Assembly (NCBI RefSeq): GCF_006345805.1
Contig: NC_043003.1
Location: forward strand, 58,094,001 to 58,158,000
Length of the DNA: 64,000 bases
DNA from: Octopus sinensis
Taxonomy: Eukaryota
Direction: 5' to 3'
A program made the translations under genes and the position numbers. Position 1 is the stretch's first letter. Each line of letters starts with the position of its first letter. The notes beneath the pieces are model-generated. The model had not been told where the DNA came from, made no database searches, and worked only from the letters and a program-made list of their open reading frames with translations. Positions 37,531 to 51,630 of the stretch are shown piece after piece.

Positions 37531-39457
37531 TAATTGCCTTTCATCCTTTCAGATGAATGCTAAGTTGACCTTTCTGAGTTCAAAAACTGCTACAGTCTTT
37601 GAACTTAGAAAGTAAAGAACCAAAAAAAGCCACAAAGCATTTTGTCCACAAAAATAATTCTGCCAAGTTACTTGTTTCTGACATTGGCCCAGAGTCTTGA
37701 ATTTGGGAGCAGGAGTCAGCATTTTAATTCAAAAACCCCAGCATTTGACTCTTACCTTATTTCATCAAAAACACAAAGTTCACTTTGGCAGAGATTGTAC
37801 TTATAATGATAAAAATACTAAACTAAATAACCCCCTACCCTCACCTCACCACACATGGTATATTCAGTACCAAACTCTAACAATTCTGACATTTTTTTAT
37901 ATTTATCTAATTTTTTTTAGTTACTCTAAGGGCATTGGATGGCTGACGGAACCCATTTATAAAGTACAAATTACAAAAACAAAAGCAGTTGCCATGGGTG
38001 ATGGTCATGGTGGTAGGAAGAATGTTTATATTGATTACAAAAACAACAAAAAATTTTTTAAAAAACTGACTTAACACAATAATGATGGTGATGATGATGA
38101 TGATAATAATAATAATAATAAGAAGAAGAAGAAGAATATTGGTGCTCCCTAATGTCTCTTATGTTCTGTTTTCTTTCTCCTTTGCTCTGCTTTACTATGT
38201 CACCTTTAGAAAAATCCTTACTGTATACCATGCCTGCCACCTTGGAAAATTTATGAGGGACCCTTCAGAAATTGGAGAGTTGTAAATCTTGGGTCTCATA
38301 GACTTCTGTTTGTTAGGGTGAACTCTTCCCCCACCCCCACCCCTTTCTCTCTCCCTCCAAACCATTTGTTCTGTTATTGTATGTACTGTATACATCTTGC
38401 TCAATGCACTCATTCTGGTAGGGGTCATTAAAATAACCCCCTCACCAAACTTCTTACACCTCCTCCTTCTACACACACACACACACAAAACAGCTTCTTA
38501 CTTCTCCCTTTCCTAGCTATGTCTTCTCACCTCATACACGCATACATAATATGCACTATACACACACACTGACTAAAATTCTTCAAAGGTGTGCTCCAGC
38601 ATGGCCACAGTGTAATGGCTGAAACAAGTAAAGGATAAAAGATATATGGGTTTATAATATTTATATATACACATACATACAGCTTAGAAAAAGGGTGAAA
38701 GTAAATTGATTAAGTTAGCTCTCAGAGATGGTAGTCATTTAATCTGTCTTCAGTCACAGACATTCCAGTCATGACCATCCACTACTATGTCCTACAGTGT
38801 AGGGAACCCCCACAAAAACCACATTATCCAACATTCCCCTTGTGTTAGGATAATTTGAATTGAGGAAGATTTGGTTGATATATCTAGTAGGTCACATGCG
38901 GCAGTCTTTGGCTCCAGGAAGCAGAGAGGTGATGGTGGTATGGGGAGGGGTCTCTGTTCTATCTATTTCTCTCTTTTTCACACACACACACACACACATA
39001 TATATATACTGTATATATGTTGTCTGTCTGTCTGGTCTCAAATACCAAAACAGACATGCTTCTTGTCAGAATGTTACATTTTCCAGACCACCAAATTTTC
39101 TCTCTTATATCTCTCATTCCTAGACATGGTACATTAGGTTATTGTCGGTTGTTGTTCTTGTTGCTGGTGTTGTTCTTGCCCATCTTGACCTATTGTTCTC
39201 CTTACTATCTGACAAACCAACCAACAGGCCACCTAGCAATATACATACATACATACAAGCATACGTGCATACGTGCATACATACATACATACATACATAC
39301 ATACATACATACATACATACATACATACATACATACATACATACATACATACACCACACACACACATACACACATACACATACATATATATATATAAATG
39401 TGTGTGTGTGTGTGATTGTGTACGTACATATATACATAAACATCACACACACACACA

Positions 39458-39513
<56 letters not shown>

Positions 39514-39600
39514 TACTTACATTTGCTTTTCTTATCCTAGGTTTAGTTTTTTTTTTATCATCAGTCTAGGATAGAATGAAGACTAACTTACATGCACATA

Positions 39601-39654
<54 letters not shown>

Positions 39655-40053
39655 TACGTATATGCATATATACATATCTACATGTGTGTGTGTGTGTGTA
39701 TATACATATGTATGTATATACTTATACTGGAGAAGTCTGGTTAACTTCGAGAGTACACTCACTCCAGTGTCATTGGAAATACATCAGCATAAATGCTGCT
39801 GCTGCTGCTGCCGGCGGTGGTGGTGGCGGCGGCGGTGGTGGTGGTGGTGGTGGTGGTGGTAGGATGATGATGATGATGATGAGTGAATGTGATGGTATTA
39901 TTTGTTATTTGTAGAATATAATATATTTGGTTCCTGTTTCAACTCTAAAATCTTTTATAACTAACTTGATTCTGTGTCAGCTTGTCTTTATTTTATATAT
40001 GTCTATATATATACACACACACATATACAAATCTACACACACATGTGTGTATG

Positions 40054-40090
<37 letters not shown>

Positions 40091-40199
40091 CAAACACACG
40101 TACACAGGCACACATGTTATTTGCACACCCATATATCATATTTATATTTATATCGTATTATAATTTATCTTATATATATGTATGTGTATGTATAGTGTG

Positions 40200-40700
40200 T
40201 TCGTTTGTCTAGTTGCATCTCTTTGGATAGCTTCCAGTAAGTAGATTGATCAATATCTTCTGGACAAGATGGGTTTCCTGGCCAGGCAAGCTGAAGATGC
40301 AAACTTAAAGTAACTTTGGATGTACCATAGATAGCCATGCAATTTAGCTTGAGGAGAAAAATGTCTTAACTTAGTGGACAGTCTTTTTTTTTTGATTTTT
40401 GTAGAAATGTGGTCCTTCCAATGCAGAGGGTCGTTGTTGACAATAATGCTTTGGTTACATTCACCAGTAGACCTCTTAACCATCTTGAGACACCCAGGCC
40501 GATTGATCGGCCCAAGTGATGCAAGCTGAAAGGCCTTTTGAGGTCAATCCATCTGCCCAATCGAACAGATGTTATGAATGGTTGGTTTTGAAGTATCATA
40601 TCTAATCAGAAATCATCTTTCAAAAGATATGTCTCAATAGAAAAAAAGAATGTTGGTCTTTTGGGCTACACATACCAAAACATCATGCATTTCAAAATGG
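40200..40700 (-). pseudogene. CR1-group LINE ORF2 reverse-transcriptase C-terminal relic
   Basis: Minus-strand fragments LHHLGRS, IIVNNDPLHWKDHIS, LRHFSP, IQSYFKFASSAC and LEAIQRDATR correspond to CR1/L2-type LHLGR, D..L.W..HI, RP.LEYAS.VW and LE.VQRRATR; frameshifted with stops. Confidence 0.75.
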
Positions 40701-40877
40701 TTAGGGTTAATGTTGTGGAAGGGAGTTGGTTAGTTTCAATAGGGTTTTGTCCCTTTATTGATAGTAGTGCACTTGTTTACTTACAGTCAACAGTATATTC
40801 TTTTTTATCTCAAATATGTCATTTGCATATTTTTTAACTCCATATGTTTCGTGCCTGAAGTTTTGTCTCATTTAAGC

Positions 40878-41195
40878 TAAACAGTGAAGGTGCATGGGTT
40901 AGTGTATTCGACTCACAGTCATAAGACCATGAGTTCAATTCCTGGCAGTGCACTGTGTCCTTGAGCAAGACACTTTATTTCACATTCTTTCAGTCCACAC
41001 AGCTGGCAAAAATGAGTATACTCGTAATTCAAAAGGGCCAGCCTTGTCACATTCTGTGCCACGCTGAATCTCTCTGAGAACTCTGTTAATGTACACGTCT
41101 GTGGAGTGTTCAGCCACTTGCCTGTTAATTTTACAAGCAAGCTATTCCATTGTTGGGATTAACTAGAAACCTCATCCTCGTAACTGACAGAGTAC
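40878..41195 (+). mobile_element. SINE family E inserted in the CR1 relic
   Basis: tRNA-like head (GGGTTAGTGTATTCGACTC..GAGTTCAATTCC) and GTGTCCTTGAGCAAGACACTT block; homologous to 14605-14890. Confidence 0.8.
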
Positions 41196-41199
41196 CATA

Positions 41200-41560
41200 A
41201 AAGTGAGCAGTTTTTTTTCTGGTGGTGATGACTTTTCTTTCTGCCTATAAAACATAAATTAGTAATGGTCATAGTATGATGGGTATCTCCTAAAGGTTCT
41301 TCAATAGTGATGCTTTTAACAGTTTCAACAACAGTGATCCAAAAGCAGATCCAAAAATATTTGTTATTTCTTGTGGGAGAGGTCACTGTGTGGTACCAGT
41401 TTGAATCCAACAATAAATCAACGAAATCATTTACACTTTTGTATACAGTTTCTGGTCAGTTGAAATCACCAGAAATGAAAATGTAGTTGGCCGTTTTCCA
41501 AGATGCAACTCTGAGGATAGTCTAGGTTAGGCAGCATATTTGATTTTCTTCAATGTTTTG
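41200..41560 (-). pseudogene. CR1-group LINE APE-type endonuclease relic
   Basis: YIFISGDFN*PE (GDFN at 41459-41470), TVTSPTRNN, ILDLLL (frame-shifted) and IEEPLGDTHHTM match the GDFN, PTR..N.LDL and PLG.SDH motifs. Confidence 0.85.
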
Positions 41561-42153
41561 GAAACTCCATGGCATTCAACGCATTGTTGATTATCTAAAA
41601 ACAATGCTTAATAATTTTGGTCGGGTGCTATGATCAGAGGGCCACCATAGTACTCCTGAATGTTGAATATTTTGCACTATAGTAGCAAAGTTGCAAGAAC
41701 AAAGGAAAAAAAAAATAAAATAAAATAAAGGGTCTTTTGGGTTTTCTTGTTTTTTCCCTCTCTTAAAGATAATATTATTTGCCTTCCCTGCTACATGTAA
41801 TACGATACTATGTGTAAATAAGATCTGAAAAATTGGAAAATATTATAAATATTGGCATTTATAGCGATATGTGTCTCTGTGACTATATGCTTATCTTTTT
41901 ATTTATCTATCTATGTATAGATATGTGTGATATCTGTCTGTGTATGATTCTGTGAGTGTGTGAGAGTATACAAGAAATGCATAATCCTTGCTTCTTTTTT
42001 TTTTTTATGTCCTTCAAAGACAACAAAAGTAACTATGAATGCGTGTGTCTGTTAAAGAAACAAAATATATCAGTAATTAGATAGAATTTCGGTAAATATT
42101 CTTAGCAACGCTTCAGGTTCAATCAATAAAAGAAATTTTCGCATTTTCTCTTG

Positions 42154-42188
<35 letters not shown>

Positions 42189-42460
42189 AAGAATATTTAA
42201 GTTTTATCTTTTACAAATGGCTAAATTTTTATCTGCTGCAGAAGTTTTCTGAAAATATACACCACTGGAAAGTGATGTTCTTTCTTATGTGCTGTTGTTA
42301 TTATTATTATTATTATTTATCATTATTAGTGGTGTGGTGGTGGTGGTGGTGGTGTGGTTCTGGTGTGTGTTTTGTTTGTTTTGTTCACAAACGAAAAGGG
42401 AGTGAATTTTTTTAATAACTTCTATAACTTTTAAGTTCTTATCATTAATTTACATATCAA

Positions 42461-42508
<48 letters not shown>

Positions 42509-42561
42509 CTATATATATACATATACATGTACATATATGTACATTATATATATAGATATAT

Positions 42562-42606
<45 letters not shown>

Positions 42607-42625
42607 TATATATACATATATATGT

Positions 42626-42659
<34 letters not shown>

Positions 42660-43084
42660 GTACATATATATATAATATATATATATATATATTATGCACA
42701 CACATGTGTGTACGTATATATGTGTATATTTAAAATAGGTATATGTAAATATGTCTACGCTTGTAATGTATATGTATATATACGTGTGTGTGTGTGTATG
42801 TATGGGCTAGACTCTGTGTGTGTGTGTAGTTATTAAATTTTGTCTTCCACCATATTTTCCTTTGGAGACTTGAAAGCAAGAGAGGATAAATTTATCAAAT
42901 TTTCTCTTTACGTTGCTATCTATTTTAGTTATTAATAATAGTCGACTGACTGTCAGTCTGGCTCAGCTGAACGCTCAATGAAACTGGCTTAAATTCTAAT
43001 GTTTAACATTTCTGATGCTAAAAGTGTTTTTTTGTAAAATATGGTACCAGTTATATACCGAGGGTGAATATGATTCACTATAGT

Positions 43085-43305
43085 CCACCCCACCGAATTC
43101 TCTTCTACTCTAAAAGCACAAGGCCTGAAATTTGGGGTGGGGGGTGGGGGCAGTCGATTAGATCAACCCCAGTATGCAACTGGTACTTAATTTATCAACC
43201 CCGGAAGGATGAAAGGCAAAGTCGACCTTGGTGGAATTTGAACTCAGAACATAAAGACAGACGAAATACTGCTAAGCATTTCACCCCGGTGTTCTAACAT
43301 TTCTC
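43085..43305 (-). mobile_element. SINE-B (B1 tail)
   Basis: Colinear with 11630-11830 and the copies at 60195-61255. Confidence 0.88.
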
Positions 43306-43544
43306 AGCAAATTTGTCGTCCTGTTACCTAGGATGTTTTCGTTTTACCTTTTACTCGTTTCAGTCATTGGTCTGTGGCCATGCTGGGGCACTTCCTTGAA
43401 CAAATTGACCCCTGTGCTTATTATAGCAATCTCTTTTGCTGAACCTCTAAGTTATGGGGATGTGAATAAACCAACAATTGTTGTCATGGGGTGTGTTTAT
43501 ATGTGTGTGTGTGTGGGGGAGAGCACAATTTATTTGCCTACATC

Positions 43545-43780
43545 CTATTTCTTCATTACCCACAAGGGGCTAAACACAGAGGGGACAAACAAGGACAGAC
43601 ATAGGTATTAAGTCGATTACATCGACCCCAGTGCGTAACTGCTATTTAATTTATCGATCCCCGAAAGGATGAAAGGCAAAGTCGACCTCGGCGGAATTTG
43701 AACTCACAACGTAACGCAGACGAAATACCGCTAAGCATTTTGCCCGGCGTGCTAACGTTTCTGCCAGCTCACCGCCTTTA
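43545..43780 (-). mobile_element. SINE-B (B2 tail), CpG-rich young copy
   Basis: GGCGGTGAGCTGGCAGAAACGTTAGCACGCCGGG head, GAGTTCAAATTCC B box, B2 tail. Confidence 0.92.
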
Positions 43781-44230
43781 TTTGCCTACATCCCTTCAAG
43801 GCAGTGCCCCAGCATGGCCACAGTCCAATGACTCGAACAAGTAAAAAAAAAAAAAAAGCGATTAAAGATACATCTATACACATACACACCCACATTCCTT
43901 TCAAGAATATCTGAGTTTGTTCTAATCACGTTATCCATTTCACCCAAGCAGCTGCCCATTAACCAATAGTCTCCACCACCACCACCGCATTCTTCTCCTA
44001 CTATCATTAGACAAGACCCTTCTTGTTTTACATTTACTTGTGACTAGAATGTCATCTTTCGTAAGCTGAGGTTGCACACGCAAACAATACGAGGAGGAGA
44101 TTCCTTTGTATATCTCCAAATTAGGCCCTACTTTCCCCTTAACTTTCTCTAAGCCTTTTGCATTTTCTGTCTTCCCTCCTCTTTCTTCATCTTTCTCTCT
44201 CTCTATCTATCTATCTACCCATCTTTCTAT

Positions 44231-44293
<63 letters not shown>

Positions 44294-44661
44294 CCACAGT
44301 AAAATAAAGGCATATACACATATATAGCATGCCTGTCTGCTTGTTAAGTACCTTTCTCACCCATTCTCTTGCAGTCGCTCCCTCCTCAGACACTTGCACT
44401 CTCCTTCTCTTGTCTCCTTACATCATAACAAATCAAAATGTGTGCCTCTATGTAGTAACTCAGTCCTCTAGAAATAGTCACCAAATTGCCCTCAAATCAC
44501 TCCAAGTCCATCAATTTTAAAAGAGGAAGATCACAACGCTGATAATCTTCACGCTTCAGTCACTTTAAGATGACCACTTGGAGGAGTTTTTGAACCCACT
44601 CTGTTACAAGCCCCTTAACTTAGCAGTTCAGCAAATGAAACTGATAGAATAAGTACCAGAT

Positions 44662-45245
44662 TTAACTCTTTAGCTTTTAAACCGGCCATATGAGATCCAA
44701 CTATTCTTCTTGTTTTATGTTCAAATTGAAAAGATCAGGCCTCTTAAACTTACCTTACAATGTCATCCTAAGAATAAACAATCACATCATTGAAATCTCA
44801 AAGCTAGAAGAGAATACATGAGTAATTTGTGGCTGTGTGGTAAGTAGCTTGCTTACCAACCACATCGTTCTGGGTTCATTCCCACTGTGTGGTACCTTGG
44901 GCAAGTGTCTTCTGCTATAGCCTCGGGCCGACCAAAGCCTTGTGAGTGGATTTGGTAGACGGAAACTAAAAGAAGCCCGTCATATATATGTATATGTGTG
45001 CTTGTCCCCCCCCCACCAACATCGCTTGACAACCGATGGTGGTGTGTTTACGTCCCTGTAACTTAGCAGTTCAGCAAAAGAGACCGATAGAAAATAAGTA
45101 CTAGGCTTCCGAAGAATAAGTCCTACGGTCGATTTGCTTGACTAAAGGCAGTGCTCCAGCATGGCCGCAGTCAAATGACTGAAACAAGTAAAGAGAGTAA
45201 ACAAGCATCACGTTTGACAGAATGATCGGAATGCTAAAGGGTTAA
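44662..45245 (+). mobile_element. piggyBac-like MITE interrupted by a full SINE-A (44829-45200)
   Basis: TTAA-CTCTTTTAGC at the left end and GCTAAAGGG-TTAA at the right; the parts outside the SINE are colinear with 20892-21104. Confidence 0.8.
44829..45200 (+). mobile_element. SINE-A, near full length
   Basis: Head, body and tail all present. Confidence 0.92.
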
Positions 45246-46229
45246 CAATGAAATTTGTGTAGGGGGTTGTGGTTTAAAGGCACGAAATAAGGTTGCCCTA
45301 ACCTCAAGTTGCAATAAGGGACAACCAGTCAAATCATTCAGTTGTAATCATGTGTTGACTCTGCCAATCCCTTGCCAGCCATGACCACTACATGTAAATT
45401 ACTAGCAGTACATGACTTGCCTCACTCGCAGACCCCATAAGAAAGAGGCCAACTTGAACCTGCTGCTCACCAATGTGACGTCATCTCGTGTCCCTTCTGG
45501 TCTGGTCCCTTTGTGACATATCTCTATTTCTCCCTCCCAGTCAATTATCCTTCCATTACATGGGTTGTTTCATTTGACTAAAATTCTTCAAAGCAGTACC
45601 CCCAACATGGCTGCTGTCCAAAAAAAAAAAGAAAAAACTAAAACAACTAAAAAAAAAAAATACATTACACATATATATATAAAATATATATTAAAAATGT
45701 CTTCCAGTTGTTTGATCACTGGAACTACCAACTATACGAATTTTAGTGTAAATTGCTGTTTATTCAACAGACATTTGTACCATTAATGTAATCTAAACAG
45801 TTTTCTGACGACTCAATTATCAATCACATTGCTGGCATTGATCGCCTCGAGGCTGAAATGAGATGATTCATACACAAAGTGCTGAGGAGTAGGATTGAAC
45901 TCAAGCTATCAGACGAACCATCTTAGTTAGAAGGGAGCCGTTCCATCTAAATTAAATTGTTACTTAATTAAATATTCAGTTTTCTTGTTTGTTTTGTCTT
46001 TTGTTTTTTTTTTTGGCGGTTTTTTTTATTCTGCTTTTTGTTTCTCAGTGAGAAAGCAATTAGACATATTGATGAATTAAATATTAAATTACACCAATAT
46101 CAACTTAAATGTTGCTATATATTAATGTTGAGTGTATATATATGTGTATATATATATATGTATATATATATATATACAGAGAGAGAGAGAGAGTATCAAT
46201 GTTGTATGTGTATATATATTTTTTTATGA

Positions 46230-46267
<38 letters not shown>

Positions 46268-46702
46268 GATGATGGTATGTATGTCTTTGCAGAGGAATGT
46301 ATTCAAGTGTGTATATATGTTTTTATATATTGTTGTGTGTGTATATATATGTATATATTTTTCTGTTAAGTGTGTGTGTGTATATATATATATATATTAT
46401 ATGCATATGTTATTTTATTTTATATTATATACACACACACACACGCACATATATATATACACACATATACATGTATATCTATGTATGTTTGTGTATGTCC
46501 ATATCTGTGTGTGTGTGTGTGCATGCATGCATTGTGTGCGTGTGTGTGTAATATTTCTCTGTTTTATTAAATCAAAACAATATTTCACAAGCTAAAGATT
46601 TTAAAAAACCTAAGACTAAATCAATCAGTATTTTTCCATACAGATATACTAAAAAGGTTTTTGTATATGTGTATATATATATATATATCTGTGTGTGTAT
46701 GC

Positions 46703-46735
<33 letters not shown>

Positions 46736-47910
46736 TTTTGTCTTTTTCTGATGTTGAATCTGTATTTTGAATGACATAACATACTTTACTACTTTACCTC
46801 TGACCTCCCTCATCACCATTCACAAATGTTTATTTATACATTCACACACACACACACATATATATTCATACATTTGCATTTGTATCAGCTTATATATGCA
46901 TATAGATATATGTAAGTATATGTGTGTATGTAGTATATCTGTGTATGTATATATGTATATGCGTGTGTGTGTGCATGTATATGTATATATATATATTATA
47001 TATATATATATATTATATATATACATAATTATGTATTTATACATATGTATATATATATATGCATTTTTGTATGTATTTTTACAATATATATTATGTGTAG
47101 GTATATGTATGTGTGTGTATATGCCTGTATATGTAATGTATACATATGTATAGATAGGTAGACATAGACACAGTTATGTCTATAAAGGATATGAGTGTAT
47201 ACATACACAGATACATACATACACACATACATACATATTGACACACACACACACACACACGCACATAAAAACCTATCTTGATATTGCATAGGGGACAATC
47301 AAAATGAAACCATATTAATGGAACACCCTTTTAAATATGTAACAGTTAGTGGTGGGGAGAGCTTGTTTTATTTTATCCCTTTACTGCTCTTTTTTTAAAC
47401 ACATACACAAACACAAACAAACACATACATATACACAGGCACACATACACACACATGTACCCATATAATGCGTGTACCACTCACAAATTCTTTATCCACT
47501 ATATTCAGAAATACTTTTGTTCATTGCTTCAACATCAAGCGTATTTTTGTATTGTTTTTGTGTTATATACTATTTTTTTTTTAGGTTACTGGTATTGTTT
47601 TTTTTTTTTCACTTTTGTTTTTACATAATGTTTTTCTGTGGCAATTTAGATATTCACTCTCCAGTTCTTGGCTCTCCATCTCCCTCTCTCTCTCTCTCTC
47701 TCACTTCTCTCCTCTGTCTCTTCGATGCTCACCCCGCCCTGATAGATTACCATCTCTTCTCCCCCTCTCCTCTCTTGGTCTACCAATCCTTTCCACAGCC
47801 TCTGTTACTCTGCAAATAACTAGCAAGAACCATTTCCAAAGACCCTCTTCACAAATGACCTCAGTTCTTTCTATATAATACACTCTACTAACAATATAAA
47901 CACACATATG

Positions 47911-47943
<33 letters not shown>

Positions 47944-48164
47944 CACACAAATATATAGTTTACTTTAATTCAGTCATTGGACTGTGGCCATGCTGGGGCA
48001 TCGCCTTTAATGGTTTAGTCAAACAAATCACACACACCCACCATACTTACTGTTTTTAAATCTGCTACTTATTTTACCAGTCTCTGCTAAGTTACAAGGA
48101 TGTAAACAAACCAACAATAATTGTCAAGAGGTGGTTGGGAAACAAGCACAACAGCAAACATCAT

Positions 48165-48330
48165 TCTGCTGGGTGGTTGGTGTTATGAAGGGCACCCAGC
48201 TGTAAAAGCTCTTCCAAAACAGACACAGAAGTCTGGTGCAGGCTCCTACCTGGCCAGCTCCTGCCAAACCATCCAATACATACCAGCATGGAAAGTCAAC
48301 ATTAACTGATGATGATGATGATGATGATGG
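48165..48330 (+). mobile_element. Family C element 3' part
   Basis: GAAGGGCACCCAGCTGTAAAA block and CCAGCATGGAAAGTCAACATTAAC(TGA)n tail. Confidence 0.75.
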
Positions 48331-49210
48331 ATATATATATATATATATGCACACACAATACATATGCACACAAACATGTGTGTACGTGTGTGTGTATTTA
48401 ATGGGCTTCTTTCAGTTTCCATCTACCAAATCTGCTTACATGGCTTTTGACAGCCCAAAGCTATAACAAAAAGACACTTGCCCAAGATACCATGCAGTGG
48501 GACTGAACCCCAAGCCATTTAGTTCGGAAGCAGACTTATTACCAAACAGCCACAACTGCACACACACACACATATACACTACAGTATTTGCAACTTCCTA
48601 CAATGTACAATTACACTTACATTGTACTTACATTACACTCACATTAACCTACAGTGCACCGGACTACACACTATCTACTACACTACACTTACATTGTACA
48701 CAACACTTACAAAATACACTTATAGAATCAAATCAATGTGTGTGAGTGTATCTTTGTGGTTAAGAAGTTTGCCCCCCAACCATGTGGTTTTGGGTTCAGT
48801 CCTACTGTGTGGTAGCTTAGGAAAGTGTTTTCTATAGCCCTGGGACACCCAAAGCCTTGTGAATGGATTTGATAAACAGAAACTGCATTTCAATCCCTCA
48901 ACCGCGAGTCTGCTGCTCTCACCACTAGGCCACGTGCCTCCCCACAGTTTCACTTTAGTTTTAATGTTTTCCATTTGTTAATATCTTATATCTTGTCTAT
49001 AAAGATGTTGGAACAATGGGCGATTGGCTTTTGGTTTCTTCCTTTCCTTCTCCCTCTCCACAGCCTCCTCTTTATTATTGTTGTTGTTGTTATTTTTCCA
49101 TAATTCTTTTCTATTTTTACTTCTTCTGTCCATAATTCTTCTTACTACTCCCTGTATCCATAATTCTTCATTTACTTAAACTTTTGTATTATTGTGGTTT
49201 GTGGATGCAT

Positions 49211-49250
<40 letters not shown>

Positions 49251-49764
49251 GTATCTGTCTATCTATCTATCTTTTCTTTCTCCCTTCTTTCTCTCTTTCG
49301 CTCTGTTTGGGTTTGGCAGCGGGGGTGGGGGGACGGAAAGGAAGGGATAAGGAGGAAGAGAAAGGTATTTTAGTTCTTTTCTCCCCCTATCTCTCCCAAC
49401 ACCTAAGTTCATCATGAAATATAATGTGTATATTGGGAGGGTGGGTTGTTACATACATATACACAATTCTATAAACACACACACACACACACATATATTC
49501 AAAGCAAAACAACATTATTGAGAATAACTGAAAATACACCACATTGTCATCATCTTAAGGAAAGAGGAAAAAAAAAGTGATTATTTATAGCAGTATGATG
49601 ATGATGGTAGTAGTGGTGGTGGTGGTGGTGGCAGTGGTGTGTTGGACAATATCAGGTACAGAGCGAAAGAGAGAAGAGTGGGGTTTAAAAAATGCTATAC
49701 CTTACTTATTCTAACTTATATGTACGTATATATATATAATATTGACATATATACATATTTATAC

Positions 49765-49795
<31 letters not shown>

Positions 49796-50263
49796 GTATA
49801 TATATATACACATATGGTATACACACACACATATATATGTGTATGTGTGTGTGTGTGTATATATATGTATTTATTCCATTACCAAATTATATGAACTGGC
49901 CGTAAATATGTCTCTGTATCCAGTGTTTCCGGCCTTTTATCTTCATTCTTGGGAATCTACTCTTAGAAAAGAATGATTTCTTGGATTCTGAACGATTTGG
50001 TTCCTTGAACCTTTTGGTAAAAACATGGGGTGGAAGGAGTGGTCGGCAGGGTTGGATAAGGGAATGGAAGAATCTGTGTTTGTTTTATTGTTTTATTATT
50101 TCGTTTTATTTCTATTGATTTCTTTCATTAATGCACTTCGCTCTTACTGAAGAATTTTTTTTATATTTTTACCACACTAACACACACATACACACACACT
50201 TACACACACACACACTACATATATATATTTATATACATTCCACTCACTATTCTACATATTAGT

Positions 50264-50325
<62 letters not shown>

Positions 50326-51219
50326 CTTTAGGCATACATAGGATCAACATAGATATATAATATATGTGAGTGTGTGTGTATATGTGTGAGTATATATATG
50401 TACATGTGTAATATATATATATATTATATATATATAATATTGCATATGTATATATATACATACATAGATATGTATACATGCATATATATATATTATATGT
50501 ATATATATATATATATATACATACATATGTATACATGCATATATATATACATACATGAACATGCATACATACTTAATGTATGCAGCCGTTCATATTTGTA
50601 TACATTTGTACTTGGAAATAGATACACATTTATACTTACAAACATGTATGGACGCATACATACTTACTCACACATATATAAATGTATGCAAACATGCATA
50701 TTTGCAATCATACATGCACATATGCATGCCTTCACACCGACTAGATATACACATATACTTACTCATGTGCTCACACACAAAAATACACATATGCACTCAC
50801 ACACACACAGATAGATGGCTAAGTGGATTACTGTAGGCATGGTTGTGTGGTCAAGAAATGCATGTTGCAATGACATGATTTTGGGTTCAGTCTCACTGCA
50901 CAGCACCTTGGGAAAATTACTTCTTCTGTTGCCCTGAGCAAATCAGTATCTTGTGAATGAATTTTGTAACCAGGAACTGTTCAGAAGCTCATCATGTGTT
51001 TGTGTGTGTGCGTGAGAGAGAGAGAAAGAGAGAGAGAGAATGAGAGAGAGGGTTAGTATACAGAATTTTAAAAAAGGCTTCAAATAGTTTCATTTATGTA
51101 ACATGCCAAATTATTGTATCTCTACGGCATGAAGTCAGACACTACTGTGTATATACCACAGAAGTATACTATATGTGTGTGTATATGTATATGTATGTAC
51201 ATATATATATACTCTTACT

Positions 51220-51427
51220 CTTTACTCTTTTACTTGTTTCAGTCATTTGACTGCGGCCATGCTGGAGCACCGCCTTTAGTTGAGCAAATCAACCCCGGGA
51301 CTTATTCTTTGTAAGCCCAGTACTTATGCTATCGGTCTCTTTTACCGAACCGCTAAGTGACGGGGACGTAAACACACCAGCATCGGTTGTCAAGCAATGC
51401 TAGGGGGACAAACACAGACACACAAAC

Positions 51428-51458
<31 letters not shown>

Positions 51459-51630
51459 CATATATACGACAGGCTTTTTTCAGTTTCCGTCTACCAAATG
51501 CACTCACATGGCATTGGTTGGCCTGGGGCTATAGCAGAAGACACTTGCCCAAGATGCCACGCAGTGGGACTGAACCTGGAACCATATGGTTGGTAAGCAA
51601 GCTACTTACCACACAGCCACTCCTGCGCCT
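51220..51630 (-). mobile_element. SINE-A, full length, young
   Basis: Complete head ..CACAGCCACTCCTGCGCC and (AAGAGTA)n-type tail, set in (TA)n. Confidence 0.93.

Noticed and set aside
42944-42958. GACTGAC-T-GTCAGTC palindrome
   Set aside because: A 7-bp arm palindrome is expected by chance in 64 kb; no other support.
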